64,000 nt of DNA from the human T2T-CHM13v2.0 reference genome, Homo sapiens, in assembly GCF_009914755.1 (NCBI RefSeq), contig NC_060940.1. One strand, 5' to 3'. A program made the position numbers and the translations under genes. A model generated the notes under the pieces. It was not told where the DNA came from. It worked only from the letters and a program-made list of their open reading frames with translations, and made no database searches. Of this stretch, positions 1 through 47,362 are shown in pieces. Position 1 is the first letter of the stretch; every line of letters starts with the position of its first letter.

Positions 1-2550
<2,550 letters not shown>

Positions 2551-3511
2551 CTAGCTATTGTTATTATTTAGGACACACCTGGCTTTTCTTATATAGTAGA
2601 TATAACAAGTTTCCCTTAATAAATGTATGTAAACTTTTAAAATGTGGATCTATTTAAAGAACAAATATTAAGTAAACAGCACAGTAAGTTGTACAAGGAT
2701 GTGTCTACATTGCACAGGCAGGTGGATCCTGAAATGTGGGAAATACAGCCCCAGAGAAGTCTCCAGCCACCAGCAGCTGTTAGAAAGGGAAATCGCATGT
2801 TGGGAAGGGAATTTTAGGAAGTTTACTCTGGAAGCCAATGTCAAGGCCACACTATAGAGGAAGATCTGTGAGAAGGTTGGGACAAAAGTCCAGGAGAGAG
2901 TTGACGAGAGCCCCACCGCAGCAGGGGCATAGCAGCGGGGGCAGCTCTGACATCTGTTTCAGAGTCTCTGGCTTCTGCTAGAGGAAGGAGAGTAGAAAAC
3001 AGGATCAGCAGCTGGGGCGTCTGGGGCCAGAGGACCAAGTACAAAGAACGTGGGGCGGAGGTGGGGAAGCTGGTGCATGGCGTGGGGTGGAGGGGGGAGT
3101 GTCTGGGGAAGGCTAGAGAGCAGAGCATTAGACTCACAGAGACTGGGCCAGGGCTGATTCTATTTCCCAGAAGTCCAGACTAAAATGAGGTTGGTTTGGG
3201 GAACTGAGAAGTTTCTCGCCCATCTTCAGGGTTGATCAATCATCAGTGAGGGACAAGAAATGACATGGGACAAGGCAACAGATAGAAGCTGGGAGCTAAA
3301 CTTAGCTATAACTGACAGAGCTGCTGCTATCACATGGAGGGCCTCTATGCAAATTTTAAAAGGGCGGCCCTTCCTCTGGGCCATAGGCATGCCCTGTGCC
3401 AGGCAGCCCTGCTAACCTATCCCATAGCTTATCTGTGCCCCCAATCCCTTTCTCGTCATGCACTCCCCAGTATGGGGTTGATGGGGAGTCTAGGTGAGTC
3501 CCGCGTCTCAC

Positions 3512-4272
3512 CTTTCAGGATGGCCTGCAGCGAGGCCACCTCCTCTTGGCACTGCCGCTGCACCGCAGCCACAGCCTCGGCCTTCGTGCTCTCGCTCACC
3601 TCTGCCACAGCCTTCATGGTTTCCATTTCTGCCAGGGCGCCTGCCAGCTCAGCCCGAAGCCGGCTGAGCTCACCTGACTCGGCCTCACCATTTGCCCCTT
3701 CCTGGGACCGGGAGTCCTCCAGTGCTGTGGGGGACAGGGATCAGCCTCTCTTCCCATCTCTTACCCCAGGCCACCTACCGGCTTAGCAAGTCCTGCAACC
3801 TAGTACTGTTGCCTTCATCTGGGGCCTCCTTCACCTGGGCCCGCCCGGCTCACCTGGCCCCGCCCCTGCCCCGCCCCCTTCCCACTCGCTCTGCCGGGTG
3901 CTGCCTACACTCCATCTCTTCGCGGTGGCCAGTTTCACTCAGTCCTCTCTTCGGTCCCACCTGGCCCCGCCCTCCTAGTGGCCGCGCCCCTTCCTCACCG
4001 GGCCCCACTTCGCACCTGTCACTGGCCCTACCCCTTCAATGGCCGGGCCACGCCCCCTTTTGCCTGTGGCTGTAGGCCCCGCCCCCTTTCCCGACGGCGT
4101 GGCCCCGCCCCTTCCTCCATCATCCCTCTCCACCCCCCATCCGCAGGTGGCTGGCTCGGCCCCGCCCCCAGCATCACCGTTCCCCGCTTGCACGGACGCC
4201 CCCTCACGTACCAGCCCCCGGCCGCCGCCGCCGCTCATCGTCGTCCGCGGCCACCGGCGCAGCTGCCGCCAT
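3512..4272 (-). CDS. RABEP2: Rab GTPase-binding effector protein 2 (rabaptin-5beta), coding exons 1 (4272-4212) and 2 (3724-3512); gene continues off the left edge
   Basis: Minus strand reads ATG(4272) MAAAAPVAADDDERRRRPGA, donor G|GTACGT, acceptor cccacag|, then ALEDSRSQEGANGEAESGELSRLRAELAGALAEMETMKAVAEVSESTKAEAVAAVQRQCQEEVASLQAILK, donor G|GTGAGA. Exons are 61 and 213 nt and phase-consistent. This matches the known N-terminus. Confidence 0.96.
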
Positions 4273-4830
4273 TGCCTCAGCGCAAACGGCGGATTCCCGC
4301 ACTCCCTGGTGACGGAGCGCACCGCTTCCGGGTCCTCTCGGCTGTTTCCGGATCCGCTCGGCTGTTTCCGGATCGGCCCCGGGCTGGAGGCCCCGGACGG
4401 AGGATGGGGGGATTGCCGAGCCTCGGCCGAAGATTCCCGAGTCGGCCCCCGGCCCCGGCCCCGGCCCCGCCCCGGCTCTTCTTGGCTGGGTCGCGCGGTT
4501 CGGGAGGACGCCTGCCTTTCAAGCCCGGAAGAGGATCCTTAAGAGGTCTTGCCCGGCGTCTCTCCGTGACCTTGGAAGCCCTGCTCCAATTATGCCTCCT
4601 CCGGGACACCGGCCTGCGGAGAGCTCCCCCTCGCTCCCTCGCTGCCCCTGCCCGGAGCCAGCCTTTGATCGGCTCCGGCCGCCCTTCCGCCCGAGCCTGG
4701 CTTGCGTTACCGCGAATTGTGGCGGGGCCCTCCCTGCACCTCCGCCCTCTTGGAGCGTCCCTCGGGGCAGGGCCGGGTCGGCTTCATTTTTCTGAGCGCC
4801 TCGGAGTCCCCGCGTAGTTAGTCGGAGTCT
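3830..4830. promoter_or_regulatory. CpG island / RABEP2 promoter
   Basis: Very GC- and CpG-rich, with many GC boxes and ETS-like CCGGAA motifs; surrounds the RABEP2 first coding exon. Confidence 0.85.
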
Positions 4831-5307
4831 GAAACTTGCACGTCCCCACCCCCATTTTGTTACTCAGCCAGTCACCGCTTCCTGCTGGCCCCCCTTTCCT
4901 CCTCCCAACGCCCTCAAATCCCTCCTCTCCTCTCCGCCTGTGTCTAGATCAGGCTCTTTATCTGTGACCTCCACCCGGACGGTGACAGGCAATTCAGATT
5001 TATGTCCAGAGCCTTGGTTCCCCTTCCCTCAAACCTTTTTTCCCTCTGTAAAGGACACGCCAGGAACCTGGAAGTCCTTGATTCTACGTGTCCTCCTGCA
5101 AGTCCCGTAAACTCTACTTCCAATGTGCTGACTATTCCAGAATGTGCCCCTTTTTCTCCATCTCCAGCGCTAACACTCCGTCCCAGCTCCCATCACTTCT
5201 CCTGAACTTCCGCAGTGTCGACTCCACCCTTTAATTAATTAATTCTCCGTAAAGCAGCTGGAGCGATTTTTGTAAAACAGATAATGCAGTTTGAAAATGG
5301 CCAAAGG

Positions 5308-5945
5308 TAGAACGCTTTTACACTGTTGGTGGGAATGTAAATTAGTTCAACCATTGTGGAAGACAGTGTGGTGATTCCTCAAAGACCTAGAACCAGAAAT
5401 ACCATTTGACCCAGAAATCCCATTACTGGGTATATACCTAAAGGAATATAAATCATTCTATTACAAAGATACATGCACGAGTATGTTCATTGAAGCACTA
5501 TTCAAAATAGCAAAGACATGGACTCAACCCAAATGCCCATCAATGATAGACTGGATAAAGAAAATGTGGTACATATACACCATGGAATACTATACAGCCA
5601 TAAAAAGGAACGAGATCATGTCCTTTGCAGGGACATGGATGAAGCTAGAAGCTATTATCCTCAGCAAATTAATGCAGCAACAGAAAGCTAAACATGCATG
5701 TTCTCACTTATAAGTGGGAGCTGAACAATGAGAACACATGGACACAGGGAGGGGACCAACACACATGGGGGCCTGTGGGGTGGGTGTTGGGAGGGGGGAG
5801 GGAGAGCATCAGCAAGAGTAGCTAATGCATCCTGGGCTTGATACCTAGGTGATGGGTTAATGGGTGCGGTAAACTACCATGGCAGATGTTTCCCTGTGTA
5901 ACAAACCTGCACATCGTGCACATGTACCCCAGAACTTGAAATAAA
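5308..5945 (+). mobile_element. 5'-truncated L1PA-type LINE-1 3' end with target-site duplication
   Basis: L1 ORF2 C-terminal remnant (ORF 5483-5713 MFIEALFKIAKTWTQPKCPS...) and G-rich 3'UTR, flanked by GAAAATGG(C/A)CAAAGG at 5293-5307 and 5946-5960. Confidence 0.9.
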
Positions 5946-6240
5946 GAAAATGGACAAAGGATATGAACGGATATTTCACTGCTGTCACAGGTGGCAATAT
6001 GTGCATGAAAAGATGTTAAACATCATTAGCTATTTATTCGGGAAATACAAATTAAAACCACAATTGCTTTCATCACTACGCACTTCTTGGAATGGCTAAA
6101 ATAAGAATGCTAACACCAAATGCTGGTGAGTATGTGGAGAAACTAGGTTTCTCATATTTTGTTGATGGGAATGTGAAATGGTATAGCCACTCTGCAAAAA
6201 GAGTATGGCAGTTTTGAACAAAACTAAACACGCACTTACT
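5946..6240 (+). mobile_element. Older L1M fragment (ORF2 3' region)
   Basis: Degenerate L1 ORF2 motifs (aaaatggacaaaggatatgaac, atgaaaagatgttaaacatcattag, gggaatgtgaaatggtatagccactctg). Confidence 0.7.
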
Positions 6241-6357
6241 TTTTCATCAAGTATAAAACCAAGTGTTTTCCACCAAGCTTGGAGCTGAGGTCTCGGCTCA
6301 AATGTTACCTCCTCAGTGAGGCCTTCCCTGATCACCCTAACTAAAATAACCACCTCT

Positions 6358-9775
<3,418 letters not shown>

Positions 9776-9954
9776 AACTGACATGTTTTAAGCAGGGGAA
9801 TGACATGCTCTAGTGAAAGCCAGTCTGGGCAGCTGGGTAGCTAATGAGGGGATTAGAGAGATTTTGTTGAATGAAAGGCAGATTGAGTCCTGCTACTCGC
9901 CCCCTTCATTCCCCTTCATTCATGCCTCATTCTTCCGCCTCCCAGCCGCCTCAA

Positions 9955-10035
9955 CTGGCCAAAGGGAAGTGGAGGCCCTGCCACCTGTAGGGAGGGTCCC
10001 CTGGGGCTTGCCCACAGCAAACAGGAAGTCACAGC
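9955..10035. promoter_or_regulatory. Candidate CD19 upstream B-cell enhancer (PU.1/ETS, E-box and EBF-like motifs)
   Basis: AAAGGGAAGTG 9961-9971, CACCTG 9982-9987, TCCCCTGGGG 9997-10006 and ACAGGAAGT 10021-10029 lie in a unique island among Alus. Confidence 0.55.
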
Positions 10036-10964
10036 CTGGTGAGATGGGCCTGGGAATCAGCCACTGAGAAAGTGGGTCTCTTGGGTCCCTGAATTCTTTT
10101 TCTGAGTCCCTGCAGCAGTGAAAAAGACACAGAGGCACATAGAGAGTGACAGAGAAAGAGAGAGACAGAGAGGAGAGGCATGGGGCAGAATAAGAACAGA
10201 TTTAGGAGTTAGAACTCCTGGGTTCTTTTAAAACAATTTTTCTTTTAGAGACAGGGTCTTGTTGTGTTGCCCGGACTGGAGCACAGTGGCTATTCCCAGG
10301 CATAATCATGGTGCACTGCAGCCTTGAACTCCTGGGCTCAAGCGATCCTTCTACCTCAGCCTCCCAAGGACCTGGGACCATAGGCGTGTACCACTGTGCC
10401 TGGCTTTTGCCTGGTTTTAAACTGAGGCAGTATGACTTGAGCTCTTAGGCATTAATTGAAGCTGTATCTCATTAACTGAGGGCTTATGATGTGCTGGACA
10501 CTGGGCTAATAGTGCTGAACATATTGTCATTTTTAATCTTCACAAACAATATTTGTATAGGACTGTTTTCTTTTCTTTTTTTTTTTTGAAACAGAGTCTC
10601 ACTCTGGTGCCCAGGCTGGAGTGCAGTGGTGTGATCTCGGCTCACTGCAACCTCCGCCTCCTGGTTTCCAGTGATTCTCCTGCCTCAGCCTCCTAAGTAG
10701 CTGGGATTACAGGTGTGCGCCACCATGCCCGGCTAATTTTTTTTTTTTTTTTTGAGAAGGAGTCTATGTGCCCAGCATTGTTCTAGAGCACTTGCAATTA
10801 GTGGTGAACAACACGGTCTCTACTCCAAGGGGCTCACATTCTTGTGCAGAAAACAGAAATGAACAAATAAACACACAAGATCATTTCCCGTGGTAGTGAG
10901 AGCTGGGATGAAAATAAAACAGCGTGGCAGGGAGGAGGCAAGTGTTGTGAGTCTGGAGGGTTCC

Positions 10965-18079
<7,115 letters not shown>

Positions 18080-18369
18080 TCCTCAGGTGGCCAGGTGAGC
18101 TGGGACTGCCCCTAGGGAAAGCGGGGAGGGAGGGAGATAGGCACGGATGGCAGTGGCTGCTGGCTTTCAGGGAGGGAGAGGGAACAGGGTTCCTAGGGCC
18201 TGGTGGGCAGGGGGAGGACTGCTGGACCCCTCCCCATCACCGTTTCTTCTGCATAGCCTGGATCTCCTCAAGTCCCCAAGATTCACACCTGACTCTGAAA
18301 TCTGAAGACCTCGAGCAGATGATGCCAACCTCTGGAGCAATGTTGCTTAGGATGTGTGCATGTGTGTAA

Positions 18370-18393
18370 GTGTGTGTGTGTGTGTGTGTGTGT
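18370..18393. repeat. (GT)12 microsatellite in the CD19 3'UTR
   Basis: Read directly from the sequence. Confidence 0.95.
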
Positions 18394-18434
18394 ATACATG
18401 CCAGTGACACTTCCAGTCCCCTTTGTATTCCTTA

Positions 18435-18440
18435 AATAAA
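18435..18440 (+). terminator. CD19 polyadenylation signal AATAAA
   Basis: Canonical hexamer at the end of the last exon. Confidence 0.85.
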
Positions 18441-18482
18441 CTCAATGAGCTCTTCCAATCCTATGAAGTAGTGCCATTGTGT

Positions 18483-18546
18483 GGGAAGGAAGGGAAGGAA
18501 AGGAAAGGAAGGAAAGGGAAGGGAAGGAAAGGAAGGGAAGGAAAGG
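18483..18546. repeat. Purine-only (GGAA/GGGAA)n low-complexity tract
   Basis: gggaaggaagggaaggaaaggaaaggaaggaaagggaag... Confidence 0.9.
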
Positions 18547-18599
18547 CGTCTTGAATCCCATGGAAGAGGGAGGGCTGCCTTCTGCATACAAAGGGCCTT

Positions 18600-24643
<6,044 letters not shown>

Positions 24644-25586
24644 TCAGCTCTTGAGCAAGGTTTGGGGAAAGGAGACTTGAAAATTTTAGACTCTCAGGGC
24701 CACCTCCTGCTTGCGGTTTGCAGTGGTTTCCCGGGAGCGCCCAAGACTGGCCTGCCGCCTGGCTACAGAGAGAGGCTGAAGGCCTCCTGGGGCTGGGAAG
24801 TCGGTGGAGTCCAGGAGCCTCCGTTTCCTGGAAAACAGCTCCACCTGCTGGCTGTTGTGCGCCTGCAGTCCTGACCTTGGCGGAGTCTGCACGGGGAAGG
24901 GAAATGCATGCTGGTCCAGCGGGGGGCGCCTGCAGGGGACATCGGTGCCGCGGTTGGGATGGAGGCGTATGGGATGAGACTAGGGCAGAGGTGGACATGC
25001 CGTTCTGCGTGGATGTATGAGGCGCGAGTTTTGTGAGCACCGTGGGTGTGAGCAGCATGTGGTATTGGGTGTGTGCGGTGTGGGTATCCTGAGCGACGTG
25101 TGGCGTGGGACGTAAGTGTGAGGCGGCAGGTGGTTATACGGTTGGAGGCAAAGTGGGAAGAGTGAAGTGTTGAAGGGGCGTGTTTGTGTTGTGTTGGGAT
25201 ATATGTTGTGCAGGAGTTGCCAACGCTGTGGATGTGTGGAGGGCGTGTAGTCTCTGAGGTGCACAATATTGTTGGTAGGAGGTGTTGGCGAGTGTGTTTG
25301 GGAAATATAATTAAGAAACAAAATATCTAAACCCAACAAACTTCTCCACAAAGGTAGTAGAGACAGAAAACAGTTTTATTATTATTTTTGGTTAAAAAGT
25401 TGTAAAATGGGCCTGGCGTGATGGCTCACGCCTGTAATCCCAGCACTTTGGGTGGCTGAGGCGGGCGGCTCACCTGAGGTTGGGAGTTCGAGACCAGCCT
25501 GACCAACATGGTGAAACTCCATCTCTACTAAAAGTACAAAAAATTAGCCAGGCGTGGTGGCGCATGTCTGTAATCCCAGCTACTCA

Positions 25587-25691
<105 letters not shown>

Positions 25692-26127
25692 TCAAAAAAA
25701 AAAAAGTTTTAAAATGTATTATTATTTTTCGTAGAGTTGGGGGTTTTACTATATTGCCTAGGCGGGTCTTAACGCTCAGCCTGAAGTGATCCTCCCACCT
25801 TGGCCTCCCAAAGTGCTGGGATTACAGACGTGAACCACTGTGCCTGGCCTTAAATTGTATGTATTTATTTATTTTTAGAGAGAGGGTCTTGCTCTGTTGC
25901 CCAGGCTCGAGTGAAGTGGTGAGATCATAGCTCACTGCAGCCTTGAACTCCTGGGCTCAATCAGCCTCCCAAGTAGCTAGGACTACAGGTGTGCATCACG
26001 ACACCCACTAATTATTATTACTTTTTGTAGAGACAGGGTCTTGCTATATTGCCCAGGCTGGCCTTGAACCCTAGACCTCAAGTGATCCTCCCACCTCAGG
26101 CTCCCAGTGCTGGGATTACAGGCATAA

Positions 26128-26471
<344 letters not shown>

Positions 26472-26610
26472 TAAGCATTAAGTTAGAATGTGATGCACAT
26501 CACTGGCAATCTGGTAAAAGATTGCAAAGGCAAAAAGAAATATCCTTCATTACAGCCAAGCAGGTGTAAACCATTATCCTGTTTTCAAGATAAAATTTCA
26601 AATTCCATAT

Positions 26611-27168
26611 TGTTACAGGAGCTGCAGGTTCATATGCCCACTGTGCAGTCACAGCTCTGTGACTCTGAGACGGTGGGGATGCAGCAGAGAGAGTTTAATG
26701 ATTGCAGGGTGCCGAGCGAGGTGATGGGAGGAGACCCTCAAATCTCTCTCCAGGGAGTTCTGGGCTGGGCTTTTAAGGGGTTTGTGGGGAGTGATGGGCT
26801 GGAATATTGGGGTCATTGATTGGTTGGGAAGGGGGATGAAATTGTCAGGGTGTAGAAGCTGCATTTTGCGGGGAGTCAGCTCCTTGTGGGGTCCTTCAGG
26901 TCAGCTGAATCAGTAGTTCCATCAAGACCTGAAGGAATATCTCAAAGGGAACACCTAATGTAATGTCCAAGCCGTGATTCAAGAGCAGTTAAGGGGAACT
27001 ATAATCTTCTGACAGGGGCTGTGTGACTGTGGGGCAACAGGCACCAGATGGCTTTGGGGAAGCAGGTCAGGGAGCAGCTGCCCTGAGATCAATGCTGAGT
27101 GCACCGCAAGTTTGGTTTCTTTTCATTTCTCCCTCTCCCTTCTTCTCAAGTTTATAGGGGTGGTTGCA
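26611..27168 (-). mobile_element. ERV1-class solo LTR (LTR8/LTR26-like) nested in an older, Alu-fragmented MER34-like LTR (~25295-28110)
   Basis: TGTTAC...GGTTGCA termini with 4-bp flanks ATAT/ATAC; family assignment from recalled consensus similarity. Confidence 0.55.
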
Positions 27169-27232
27169 ATACCATGTTTTCAAGATAAACAATGACTAGT
27201 CCTCACGTAAGAGGACGTGACAACACCTTTAG

Positions 27233-29700
<2,468 letters not shown>

Positions 29701-30127
29701 GTTAAATCCGCGGTTTCCACAGGGAATTCCAGGCCCGCCTTCCTTCTCCCGGAAACCTTACCGCTCGAGGACTACATTTCCCAGGATGCCCTGCGACTAA
29801 CCAAGCCGGAAGACGGTTGTCTTGGTTGGGCGGGTCCGGGAGAGGCTCGTCTGTGGAGAGGTGGCCCAGCCAATGGGTGAGGCCGACTGAATCGAAAGCT
29901 ACGGTGATTGTGCCGAGGTGATTGGAATCTTTGGCGCCTTGGTTTCAGAGGTGGGCGCATGATGAGCGGGTACAGAGACCAATGAAAAGGCGGGAAGGCG
30001 GATCCCGCGCGTGGGGCGCGAAGAGTTGCTGACGAGCAGGCTGTTTGTCCAATGCAAGGCGAAAGTCGCTGAAGGGGGCGGGGCGAGGCGAGAGGAGGCG
30101 GGCGTGTGTTGTGGAGGAAAGTGTGCC

Positions 30128-42978
<12,851 letters not shown>

Positions 42979-44510
42979 CACCCCACTCCCTGTTTGACGG
43001 CCCAGCCTGGACTTGGGGAGAATGACTTTCCCTTTTTTGCCCCATAAGGGCTAGCATAAGCTGAGGTAGAACTTATCTTTAAGCTGCAGCAAAATCAAGG
43101 AGTGACTTTTGTCCCCTCTCCTGTTGACCCTGGTTTAGAGCCGTTAACCACTTGGTGAGTTATGTGGGTGTTGTTGCCCTGGGTGGCCTGTGGCTCCGTC
43201 CACAAGTCATGCTGAGTTTTGCAGCCTCTGTGACTTGGAGATGTCCCTTCACCCCTCCCCTTTCACCACCATCCTCTTTTCCTCATGGAAATGTCTGCTT
43301 TATGAAACTATGCACATATTGAAAGTGAGTTGAAACAAATGAGGGTTGGGTAGGAGCTTCCAGGCCTGGGATTTACACCACGCCTAGCCCAGCAGAGGCC
43401 TTAGTCCCATTTGGGGCTTGGGAGTGACATTTGCTTGAGGCTTATACACTGGTGTGGTTGCCTGGCTTGCAGGAAATGACCAAGCTCACACATGCTGGCT
43501 GAAGCGTAAGCAGACAACTGAGGTACTCTTTTGAAGGATGAAGGTGGTGGATTCTCAGCCCTGGGGGTCTTCCTCACCTGAGGACCCTTCAGAGCCACCC
43601 TTTCTAGTTTGCATTTCCTGGTGCACACATTTAAGGCATAACAGCACATTCATCCCTTTGGTTTGGGATCTCAGGAATACAGTCCCATGCAAAGATTCTC
43701 TGGTTTTATGGCTTTTTTCCCTTTCTTTACACCATCCTCTCCCATAAGCACCCATGTCTTTGAATATGAATGTATTTGTAAAATACCACGTTTCATGTGT
43801 GAATATGTGCTTTTACTGTACATAGTGCTATTGTGCAATAGGTCTTATGCTGTTTTCACTCAATGTGTGCTAAGATCTAGCCCCATTGACTCTTCTAGAA
43901 ATGCAGTATTGCTTTGACCTGCCATGTGGCACTCCACAATGTCAATTGCAGTTTACACACATTGCCTAAAGTGGGGGACACCTGGGTGCCCCTGACCCCT
44001 TGGCACCGGATACAGGCCACGATAAACATCCTTTCGTGTGTTCCCTTCTGTGCTTGTGTGGCATGTGTACCCAGGATGGGCCTATAGGTCACAGAGGTCA
44101 GTTTCTCTTTGGTTTTCCAGATTTTCTTTAGAACGGTGACTGACCCTCCTACTTGAGGCCGCCCTTTTCTCCTTATCCTTGCCAGCACTTGTATTGCCAG
44201 ACTACCTAATTTTTGCCAGTCTCATGGGTAGATAGTGGTGCAGTGCTTTAACATACATTCATCTGATCAGCATTAATTTGGGGAATTTTTTCACTTAGCC
44301 TTTCTGGTTTCCCTTCCTGTGCATTGCCCATTTTCTCATGGAGTTTCTTATCTTTTTTGGTTTATTCTCAGGAGTTGCTTGTACATTCTTGGGCAATTGC
44401 AGATAATTCCAAGAATGCATATTTGGGCTGGGTATGGAGGTTCACTGGTAATCCCAGCACTTTGGGAGGCCCAGGCAGAAGGATCGCTGCAGCCCAGGAG
44501 TTCGAGACTA

Positions 44511-44816
<306 letters not shown>

Positions 44817-44892
44817 TTAAAGGGGAAAAAATTGAAATTTTCTTTGTATCTAGGGGTATCCGTCACTGAACAGAAATTCTTAATTTTGGCTA

Positions 44893-45060
<168 letters not shown>

Positions 45061-45063
45061 TCA

Positions 45064-45165
<102 letters not shown>

Positions 45166-45692
45166 TCAAAAAAAAAAGAAAATTTTAATTTTAATGTAGA
45201 CAGTATGAATTATCTTGTTCTGCAGTTGGTTGCTTTTTGATTGCTTATTTAATAGAGTTGTTAAGATATTTTACATCTTCTCCTGTTAGCTGTTCAGCTT
45301 TTCCTTTCATATTGAGAACACTACACAGTGCTGAAGTCCAGCTGGTACACACCGGGGTGACACCTTGGCTGCATCTGTTCTCAACAGTCAGACACTTCTT
45401 CTAATTGGTTGATGCTGGGCTGTACTGGTTGCTAAATATTGCACATCATTTTAAAACTATTTGAGATGCACTTTTGTACTCAGGAGGCCAAGGCAGGAGG
45501 ATTGCTTGAGCCCAGGAGTTTGAGACCAGCCTGGGCAACACAGCGAGACCTTGTCTCTTAAAAAAAAAAAAAAAAAAAAATGAGAGAAATCGGCTGGGCA
45601 TGGTTTCTCATGCCTGTAATCCCAGAACTTTGGGAGGCTGAGGCAGGTGGATCACCGGAGGTTAGGAATTCAAGACTGAAACCTTGTCTCTA

Positions 45693-45970
<278 letters not shown>

Positions 45971-46018
45971 CTACTAAAAAAAAAGCCATTAACCTTTCTC
46001 TAATATTTGCATGATTCT

Positions 46019-46192
46019 AATAAAAGTATGTCAACTTCTTAAAATGTTTTATTGAAATGTGGCATTCCTTTGAATTTTATGACATTAAAATAATCCACGA
46101 CATGGTACAGCTCTTCACTTTTTCAGCTTTTTAAATGTCCATTAATAAGTTTGAATACGTTAAAATTATATGTTTAACCTCAACAAAATAAA
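46019..46192 (+). terminator. Likely NFATC2IP polyadenylation signals (AATAAA at 46019-46024 and 46187-46192), implying a ~3.2 kb Alu-containing 3'UTR
   Basis: First canonical AATAAA hexamers I found downstream of the stop, in AT-rich unique sequence. Confidence 0.6.
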
Positions 46193-46417
46193 TGGCAATA
46201 TGTTCAACTTGTGTATACTGGAGGATTTTTGTCTTTGTGGCCCTCATGTGACCCCCACTAAGATCCTTGTGACAGAGACAGGAATAAGATCCTTATTCCT
46301 TCACATCCATTCTTCCTCCTTCTGTGGTACTAGAACCCATGGTTTTTAGCGAGGCACAGAGACACTCAGAATAAAAACAGTGGCCAGGCATGGGGGCACA
46401 CACCTGGAATCTACCTA

Positions 46418-46528
<111 letters not shown>

Positions 46529-47263
46529 TCAAAAAAAAAAAAAAATTAAGACAGTACTTCCTGGCTTCCACTGTAGCTAGATGTAGCCAAGTGCCAATAC
46601 AGGCTCCTGGGGTGTAAGTGGAATGGGGTATCACTTCCCAGAAGTGTGCATAGCGGGCAGCTTGTCCCCTCTCTTTCACTTGCCTCCTGCCTGCTTACTG
46701 GAAGTGGAGCAGCCCTACTGACTTAAGGTGACCTCTGGAACAGAAACCACATGGGCCAGGATGGTGAGGGAAGGCGCCTGGATCACAGCATCCATGTAGC
46801 ACCTCATTGGCCTGGCAGTGCTGACCTCGGCTTTCACATGAAGGAGGGACTGCTGCCCCTCTTTAAATCACTTATTTTAGGGTTTCTACCACTTATAACC
46901 AAACCCAGTTCAAATTCCAGGATGTTGCTATTGCAAGCAATGTAGTGTTCCCTTTGGGGTACCTGTGTGGGATTTTTCTCGGGGGCTTCCATCTGATAGT
47001 GGAATCACTGGTCACTAATTCTTGAATACTGTTAGATTGCTAACCAAAGTGCCTGTACATTTTTACATGTCCCCTAGCAAGTGCTGGAAGGTTCCAGTTT
47101 CCTCATACCTTCCCCTGACTTAATCTGGGAAGGGTATGGGAAAGACTGCATTTCTTTATCTTTTATGATGAGATTGTTCATCCTTTCACATGTCTAAAAG
47201 AATATCTAGGGTGATCTTTCTTTTTCTTTTTCTTTTTCTTTTCTTCTTTTTTTTTTTTTATAG

Positions 47264-47362
<99 letters not shown>

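Larger units (their letters stand above)
18257..18460 (+). other. CD19: CD19 non-coding last exon (3'UTR) after intron 18095-18256
   Basis: Donor CAG|GTGAGC at 18095, acceptor ttctgcatag| at 18256, AATAAA at 18435-18440; 3' end approximate. Confidence 0.85.

Noticed and set aside
3978-4817. 279-aa plus-strand ORF and overlapping ORFs in the RABEP2 CpG island
   Set aside because: Pro/Arg/Gly/Ala-rich with no recognisable domain; stop codons are rare in GC-rich DNA; antisense to the real exon.
5483-5713. ORF resembling the L1 ORF2 C-terminus
   Set aside because: Fragment of a 5'-truncated inactive L1.
24763-25351. His/Thr/Pro-rich minus-strand ORFs of 167 and 123 aa
   Set aside because: By-product of the CA-rich low-complexity strand.
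30011-30127. GTG-initiated N-terminal extension of NFATC2IP; likewise 54117-54266 for SPNS1
   Set aside because: No supporting evidence beyond an open frame in GC-rich sequence; the annotated ATGs have strong Kozak contexts.
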